Assembly (NCBI GenBank): GCA_963837025.1
Contig: CAWILT010000002.1
Coordinates: 705,089-769,088, forward strand
Source of the DNA: an uncultured Alphaproteobacteria bacterium
GTDB lineage: Bacteria; Pseudomonadota; Alphaproteobacteria; Rickettsiales; JALZUV01
Length of the DNA stretch: 64,000 bases
Reading direction: 5' to 3'
Shown: one piece after another, positions 58,655 through 64,000 of the stretch
How positions within the stretch are numbered: the first letter of the stretch is position 1
How the letters are laid out: each line of letters starts with the position of its first letter
Notes under the pieces: generated by a model
Told to the model about the DNA's origin: nothing
Database searches by the model: none
The model's input: only the letters and a program-made list of their open reading frames with translations
Position numbers and translations under genes: made by a program

Positions 58655-60949
58655 TTAAATAATCTCTACAAACTCAGCCATTATGCGCTTGGTTTCGCCA
58701 TTTTTAAACGCGATTTCTAGGGTTTCATCTTTGTTTTTAATGACCATTCCTTCGCCAAAGCGCGCGTGTTTAACGCGGGTGCCAGGCGCAAAACTATCGC
58801 GTGAAGTTGTCGCGATTTTGCTCTTTTGTTTTGGTTTAGTGTTGAAACTTGAAAAATTTCCACCTGCATTTTTCATGATATTGGCCATTTCATCGCCAAA
58901 ATCGTTATTCCATTCATTACGGCGATGGCTGAACCGGTTGTAGCTTTGACGGCTATAATGATCTTGCGCGTCAATATGTTCAGGCGGCAATTCCGTTATA
59001 AATCGCGAAGGCACTGTGGGTTGCCATTCAACCCCGCCTTTCGTGAAAAAGCGGCGGCGCTCAGCATGGCTAATAAACACTTGCTTGCGCGCGCGGGTGA
59101 TGCCCACATAGGCCAAGCGGCGTTCTTCTTCCAACCCTTCCTTGCCCGATTCATCGATGGAGCGTTGATGCGGAAATAACCCTTCTTCCCATCCGGGTAA
59201 AAACACACAATCAAATTCTAATCCTTTAGCGGCATGCAGCGTCATTAACGTAACCATTTCGCCATCATCGCCACGGTTCGCCTCGGCAATTTCAGTTACT
59301 AAACTTACATGTTCTAAAAAAGCGGAAAGATCTTCAAAATCACCCATCGCGCGCACCAGCTCGCGCAAGTTTTCTAAGCGACCATTAGCTTCGGCATTTT
59401 TCTCTTTCTCCCAATGCGCGCGATAGCCTGATTCGTCCAGCACTTTATCGGTTAACTCGCCAATGGGCAGGGTGGGTTGTTCTTCACGCCAATGCACAAA
59501 TTGTTGGAGCAACATTTCAATCGCATCGGCCACTTTGCCGCGCAGTTGCTTTTCGCGAATCAATCGCGTGGCCGCATCATGCATACTGATATTCCACTGG
59601 CGGCCAGCCGAATGAATTTTCTCCATCGTGGCTTTGCCTACGCCACGTTTGGGCGTGTTGATGATGCGCTCAAACGCCAAATTATCCGATGGAGTCTGCA
59701 CCACACGCAAATAGGCGATAATATCACGAATTTCAGCGCGTTCATAAAAACGCAACCCCCCAATCACCTGATAAGGCAGGCCGAGCGTCAAAAAGCGCTC
59801 CTCAAACTGGCGGGTTTGAAAGCCCGCGCGCACTAAAACTGCCATTTGAGAATACCGATTGCCATGGCGGCGTAAATGCTCAATCTTTTCGCCTACCTGA
59901 TAAGCTTCTTCATCACTATCAGCGGCTGATTGCAGTTGTAGTTTTTCGCCATCTGCTGCTTCTGTCCATAAGGTTTTGCCCAAACGTGTTTCGTTATAGC
60001 CAATTAAATGCGAAGCAGCGGCCAGAATTTGCGGGGTGGAACGATAATTCTGCTCCAATCGGATAATGGTAGCACCCGGAAAATCATGCTCGAATTTTAA
60101 AATATTGCCCACTTCAGCCCCGCGCCAGCCGTAAATAGATTGATCATCATCACCCACGCAGCAAAGGTTTTTATGCCCTAACGCCAACAAGCGCAGCCAT
60201 AAATATTGTGCGATGTTGGTATCTTGATACTCGTCCACCATAATATATTTAAAGCGCCCCGCATAGGTTTTGAGCGTATCGGGGCTTTTGTTGAAAAGGG
60301 TTAGGCAATGCAGCAGCAAATCGCCAAAATCCATGCAATTCATCGCCATGAGGCGCTTTTGATATTCAACATAAATTTCCAGCACCTGTTTGCCGCCAGT
60401 TATCAACTGCTCAGCATGGTTAACTTTATCGGGGGTTAGCCCCTTATCTTTCCAATTTTGTATATTCCATAAAAATTGTTTGGGCGGGTTTTGTTTCGCA
60501 TCAATATTCTTGTCAGCTAAAATTTGTTTAATCAGGCGAACCTGATCATCCGTATCTAAAATAATATAATCGCTACTAAACCCAATCAGCTCGGCATGGC
60601 GACGCAAAATTTTGGCGCTGATGGAATGGAATGTGCCCAGCCAAGGCAAGGGCCCTTGACTGCCGCCATCAGTGCTATTTACCAAGGCTTCGGCGCGGCC
60701 AGCCATCTCGCGCGCCGCTTTATTGGTGAAGGTAACCGACAAAATCTCGCTCGGCCAAGCCAGCTTGCTGTTGATAATATGCGCGATGCGCGCGGTTAGC
60801 ACGCTGGTTTTGCCCGTGCCCGCACCCGATAGCACCAAAACGGCACCTTCTGTAGTGGTTACGGCCTCAACCTGCGGTGAATTTAACCGCTGAAGGTAGG
60901 GTGCATTAGTTGCTGCTTGATTTTGTGATGTTTCCAAAGCATGTTCCAT
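58655..60949 (-). CDS. uvrD: UvrD/Rep/PcrA-family ATP-dependent DNA helicase
   Basis: LSGAGTGKTS, VDEYQDTN, NYRSTPQIL, MTLHAAKGLEF and VGITRA motifs. Confidence 0.9.
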   Translation of the reverse strand: MEHALETSQNQAATNAPYLQRLNSPQVEAVTTTEGAVLVLSGAGTGKTSVLTARIAHIINSKLAWPSEILSVTFTNKAAREMAGRAEALVNSTDGGSQGPLPWLGTFHSISAKILRRHAELIGFSSDYIILDTDDQVRLIKQILADKNIDAKQNPPKQFLWNIQNWKDKGLTPDKVNHAEQLITGGKQVLEIYVEYQKRLMAMNCMDFGDLLLHCLTLFNKSPDTLKTYAGRFKYIMVDEYQDTNIAQYLWLRLLALGHKNLCCVGDDDQSIYGWRGAEVGNILKFEHDFPGATIIRLEQNYRSTPQILAAASHLIGYNETRLGKTLWTEAADGEKLQLQSAADSDEEAYQVGEKIEHLRRHGNRYSQMAVLVRAGFQTRQFEERFLTLGLPYQVIGGLRFYERAEIRDIIAYLRVVQTPSDNLAFERIINTPKRGVGKATMEKIHSAGRQWNISMHDAATRLIREKQLRGKVADAIEMLLQQFVHWREEQPTLPIGELTDKVLDESGYRAHWEKEKNAEANGRLENLRELVRAMGDFEDLSAFLEHVSLVTEIAEANRGDDGEMVTLMTLHAAKGLEFDCVFLPGWEEGLFPHQRSIDESGKEGLEEERRLAYVGITRARKQVFISHAERRRFFTKGGVEWQPTVPSRFITELPPEHIDAQDHYSRQSYNRFSHRRNEWNNDFGDEMANIMKNAGGNFSSFNTKPKQKSKIATTSRDSFAPGTRVKHARFGEGMVIKNKDETLEIAFKNGETKRIMAEFVEII

Positions 60950-60954
60950 GCGTT

Positions 60955-61806
60955 ATGCGCGACTTTCTTGGTCTATATTTACGGGGTATTGTTATGGGAA
61001 TGGCCGACCTCGTCCCCGGTGTCTCAGGCGGCACTATGGCTTTCATTTTAGGGATTTATGAGCGCTTAATGCAAGCACTGAAATCATTAAATACCGACGC
61101 ATTGTATCATTTCATCACTTTAAAATGGAAATTAATGTTTAAAGAGGTGGATTTTAAAACCTTAGCGGGTGTGGCATTTGGCATTATCACCGCATTTTAT
61201 ATTTTTACCCAAATTATACCGCTCATCAAATGGGTGGCGGCATATAAGGCGGAATTTTATGGATTTTTCTTTGGGCTGGTGTTTGCCACAGTGATTATCT
61301 TTCTTACTCAACAAAAATCAGCCAAGTTAATGCGCTTAATCACCTTGGCTTTGGGGGCTGCAACCGGTTTGGCGCTTATATCGTTAGAGCTTTCAACGTT
61401 GCCCAATACCAACCCCTATATTTTTGTGAGTGGCATGATAGCCATTTGCGCTATGTTATTACCGGGCATTTCAGGCTCCTATATTTTGCTGATGCTGGGT
61501 AAATATGAGCTTATTTTAAATGCACTTACCTACCATCAATGGTCAATATTAGGCATATTCGCTTTGGGCATGTTTGTGGGAATGATTGCCTTTGTACGTA
61601 TATTGCTATGGGCGCTCAAGCGCTATCGCGATACGATGCTTATGTTTATCACCGGCCTCATAGCTGGCACCCTGCCGCAATTATGGCCACTGCAATTTAC
61701 CAACGACCCCAGCAGCGAAAAACTCGTAATTGTAGCAGGCTGCACAGTAGCTGGAATAATCGTTATATCCGCATTGCAATGGCTGCAACTAAAAATGGGC
61801 GATTAA
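60955..61806 (+). CDS. DUF368 family membrane protein
   Basis: GMADLVPGVSGGTMAFILGIY occurs near the N-terminus and LLPGISGSYILLMLG in the middle, with multiple transmembrane segments. Confidence 0.8.
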   Translation: MRDFLGLYLRGIVMGMADLVPGVSGGTMAFILGIYERLMQALKSLNTDALYHFITLKWKLMFKEVDFKTLAGVAFGIITAFYIFTQIIPLIKWVAAYKAEFYGFFFGLVFATVIIFLTQQKSAKLMRLITLALGAATGLALISLELSTLPNTNPYIFVSGMIAICAMLLPGISGSYILLMLGKYELILNALTYHQWSILGIFALGMFVGMIAFVRILLWALKRYRDTMLMFITGLIAGTLPQLWPLQFTNDPSSEKLVIVAGCTVAGIIVISALQWLQLKMGD

Positions 61807-61823
61807 TTTGCTAAATTTTAAGC

Positions 61824-61856
61824 AAAAAAAACCCCACCTTTCGGCAGGGTTTTTTT
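61824..61856. terminator. Bidirectional terminator-like hairpin
   Basis: A8-CCCCACC-TTTC-GGCAGGG-T7, lying between the convergent DUF368 and flp genes. Confidence 0.5.
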
Positions 61857-61867
61857 GAATGTAAAAT

Positions 61868-62026
61868 CTAAAGTGCTTCGTCTACTTTTTTGAAGGTTGC
61901 ATCTAAAGATCCACCTAAAGCTTGTACTGTAATAATAATTGCAACAGCAATTAATGCTGCAATAAGGCCGTACTCGATAGCGGTTGCACCTGATTCGTCT
62001 TTAAAAAGTTTTTTGAGCGTAGTCAT
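61868..62026 (-). CDS. flp: Flp-family type IVb pilin
   Basis: 52 aa: MTTLKKLFKDESG|ATAIEYGLIAALIAVAIIITV..., with AGGAG upstream. It is too short to appear in the ORF track. Confidence 0.85.
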   Translation of the reverse strand: MTTLKKLFKDESGATAIEYGLIAALIAVAIIITVQALGGSLDATFKKVDEAL

Positions 62027-62208
62027 TGTAATCTCCTAAACGTTAGCTCTACATTTTAGAAAAGGGTTAAAGTTTACACTTCGTCTTTTCCACATACGCT
62101 GTTCATCAGCTAAATTAACTATACCACGAAATGAGATGCTATAAAAGTATTATTTAACACTAAAATCAAAATAAGTCTCTGAAAATTAACGAAAATTTAA
62201 CTAAAATT

Positions 62209-62703
62209 TTATCTATTTCGTGAAGATTGTGTGACAGTTTTGCGTGGCTTACACCATAAAATTTCTAACTCATGCAATGCGGCCGATAGATATTCCAAAC
62301 CGCGTGTGCTATGCCGCCATTGCGGTGGTATATTCTGTTTATACACGCAAAAGGTTAAGGCAACGTTAAGCAACTTTCGATGCTCTAAATGCGTTAGCGC
62401 CTCGTTCCATTCCCGTTCACGCTCCATCTGCCATAGGGTATAATCGCGTTGATGCACTATGCCCTGCTGCTTGGCAGCATCCAGCGATTGAAGCGTCACC
62501 GCACCATAACGCAGCGTAAAAAGCCATCTAAAATGCAAACCGCACCAATGTTGTTTGGGGCTGATAAGCTCGCGCTGGCGCAGCCAATCTAAAGGCTCAA
62601 CGGTTTTGCCCGCTTTGCGTTGTGCTTGTAATTCCGGCGTGCCTAAATCATACTCCTCTTGCGCAGGTTGCTTAGGCCTGCCACGCTGTGATGAAAATCC
62701 CAT
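62209..62703 (-). CDS. Phage-associated hypothetical protein
   Basis: 164-aa ORF, tightly coupled to the upstream 108-aa ORF. Confidence 0.45.
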   Translation of the reverse strand: MGFSSQRGRPKQPAQEEYDLGTPELQAQRKAGKTVEPLDWLRQRELISPKQHWCGLHFRWLFTLRYGAVTLQSLDAAKQQGIVHQRDYTLWQMEREREWNEALTHLEHRKLLNVALTFCVYKQNIPPQWRHSTRGLEYLSAALHELEILWCKPRKTVTQSSRNR

Positions 62704-62704
62704 G

Positions 62705-63031
62705 TTACGCCTCCGTTAGTAGTTTTATTTTAAGAGGTTGCGGACTGGCGGCCTTGGCGGGTTCTTTGCGCCACCTACAATCGCGTTTTAGCGCCTCTAA
62801 CGATTGTTCGCGTATATAGCAGGGGTTTAAGCCTGCATTTTCGCACACGGCACGAAAATCCTCGTTATTGCCCGTTAGCCAGCATAAGGCTTGTGATTTT
62901 TCATAGCGCAGTTCCATCTTTTTGGATTGGCTCGATGCGTCCATCAATGCTTGTGTAATAACGGCTTTCCACAACGCGCGTTCCCCCATCACCGTTTTGA
63001 TTGGAATTTCGGCTCCCCATGATTCGTGCAT
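62705..63031 (-). CDS. Phage-associated hypothetical protein
   Basis: 108-aa ORF, divergent from the packaging genes. Confidence 0.45.
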   Translation of the reverse strand: MHESWGAEIPIKTVMGERALWKAVITQALMDASSQSKKMELRYEKSQALCWLTGNNEDFRAVCENAGLNPCYIREQSLEALKRDCRWRKEPAKAASPQPLKIKLLTEA

Positions 63032-63105
63032 AAATCAACTCCCTGAATGATTAATCTTATTATAGACTAAGATATATCTAAATTTATCTAAGACGGAAGT
63101 ATTAA

Positions 63106-63447
63106 ATGACCGAAAATGAAAAAAGAGTCGTTAGCACGTTGCTAGCGCAAATGGGATCTATTCTCGAAATTGCCGAAGAGGCCGCAGAAAATCTGCTGGC
63201 CGAAACCTTAAATCGCACCGAACATGAAGGCAGCAAAAACAGCACTCAAATTGCTGAATTAATTAAACTTATTCAATTGCTCGAAAAGCAGTATATTTTC
63301 TTAAAACGTATTGAAAAGGAGCAGGAATTAACGCAAGAAATTCCAGTGCCAAACGAAGCGATGATGCGCCAATATTTGAATCAGAAACATCATAAAAAAT
63401 CACGCGCTGAAAAAGCACTTTCCAAACATAAGCATCAGCATGTCTAA
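63106..63447 (+). CDS. Putative small terminase or packaging accessory protein
   Basis: 113 aa, helical and charged. The stop overlaps the TerL start. Confidence 0.35.
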   Translation: MTENEKRVVSTLLAQMGSILEIAEEAAENLLAETLNRTEHEGSKNSTQIAELIKLIQLLEKQYIFLKRIEKEQELTQEIPVPNEAMMRQYLNQKHHKKSRAEKALSKHKHQHV

Positions 63448-64000
63448 TATTTCTGATGCGATGCTGGCGCAGCAATTATTGGCGCAAGAGGCGGCTATGC
63501 TGCGCGAAAGCTTCCCGCAGTTTTTGCATTATAGCTTTGCTACCCTCAACCAAGGAAGCCACTTTTTGCCTAACTGGCATGTGGATGCGCTGTGCGATTA
63601 TCTGCAAGCGGTGGAGCGCGGGCAGGTTAAGCGCCTGCTCATTAACATGCCACCGCGCTATCTCAAGTCGCTCACTGTATCTGTGGCATGGCCAGCATGG
63701 TTGCTGGGGCAGCAGCCGCATCGGCGTATTATCGCGGCTTCTTATGCCGAAAAACTCAGTATCAAACACTCGCTCGATTGCCGTTTGCTGTTAGATCAGC
63801 CATGGTATAAACGTAGTTTTGAGTCGATGCAGGTGCTGAGCGGCCAAAATGAAAAACACAAATTTGTGAGTTCACAGCAGGGCTTTCGGCTCGCCACTTC
63901 CGTGGGCGGCACCTTGACCGGCGAGGGCGGCGATTATTTGATCATCGACGATCCTATCAACCCTCTAAATGCCGAATCGCAAGCCGTGCGCAACAAAGCG
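63440..64000 (+). CDS. Terminase large subunit (partial; 3' end outside the window)
   Basis: Open from the ATG at 63440 to the window end (187 codons). NWHVDALCDYLQAVERGQVKRLLINMPPRYLKS is Walker-A-like and GGDYLIIDDPINP is Walker-B-like. It is absent from the ORF track because it has no stop. Confidence 0.8.
   Translation, partial: MSNISDAMLAQQLLAQEAAMLRESFPQFLHYSFATLNQGSHFLPNWHVDALCDYLQAVERGQVKRLLINMPPRYLKSLTVSVAWPAWLLGQQPHRRIIAASYAEKLSIKHSLDCRLLLDQPWYKRSFESMQVLSGQNEKHKFVSSQQGFRLATSVGGTLTGEGGDYLIIDDPINPLNAESQAVRNKA

Larger units (their letters stand above)
62209..64000 (+). mobile_element. Start of a second phage-like element, which continues beyond the window
   Basis: A divergent pair of small regulatory-type genes, then a small gene overlapping a large terminase gene. 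Confidence 0.55.

Noticed and set aside
62209-64000. Interpreting the right-end cluster as an RcGTA-like gene transfer agent head
   Set aside because: The terminase N-terminus (NWH...INMPPRYLKS) does not resemble the RcGTA-type terminase as I recall it, and only 560 nt of the gene is visible. The idea is left as an open check.

Overview
This 64-kb window looks like a moderately AT-rich alphaproteobacterial chromosome. The taxon is an inference from a two-piece permuted tmRNA, an SspB-type adaptor, a sigF-nrsF module and a Flp pilin.

Positions 1 to ~22.7 kb are a visibly more GC-rich lambda-like siphovirus prophage. The gene order is TerS, TerL(gpA), W, B(portal), C(protease), D, E(capsid), neck genes, V(tube), G/GT, H(tape measure), M-like, fibre genes, L-like, K. 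Two DNA methyltransferase genes precede this block. The left end runs off the window. The prophage is decayed:
- The portal has 3 frameshifts.
- The tape measure has about 7 frameshifts plus an in-frame stop.
- The C5-methyltransferase motifs are split between two frames, both stop-free.
- A gpK-like gene stub abuts, head-on, the N-terminal stub of a large serine recombinase.
- An AT-rich reverse-strand moron sits between terminase and gpW.

Positions 22.9-62.1 kb are core chromosome: rumA-like methyltransferase, MscK-like channel, gyrB, SRP RNA, dnaX, ybaB, nfu, an EAL protein, tmRNA, ffh, bactofilin, nth, recO, parC, dapA, smpB, tadA, sspB, ettA, uvrD, a DUF368 protein and flp. Interspersed among these are:
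- three dispersed paralogous prepilin-like genes;
- a sigF-nrsF-DUF2282-DUF692/DUF2063 (bufferin-type RiPP) cluster in which the two maturation proteins are fused and the precursor has a His/Asp tail;
- a frameshifted GIY-YIG gene flanked by palindromic repeats just downstream of the tmRNA;
- frameshifted FkbM and GNAT genes.

Positions 62.2-64 kb begin a second phage-like element with a partial large terminase.

No CRISPR array, tRNA or rRNA was found. All family assignments come from motif recognition by eye, with no database search. Boundaries of the RNA genes and regulatory sites are approximate.
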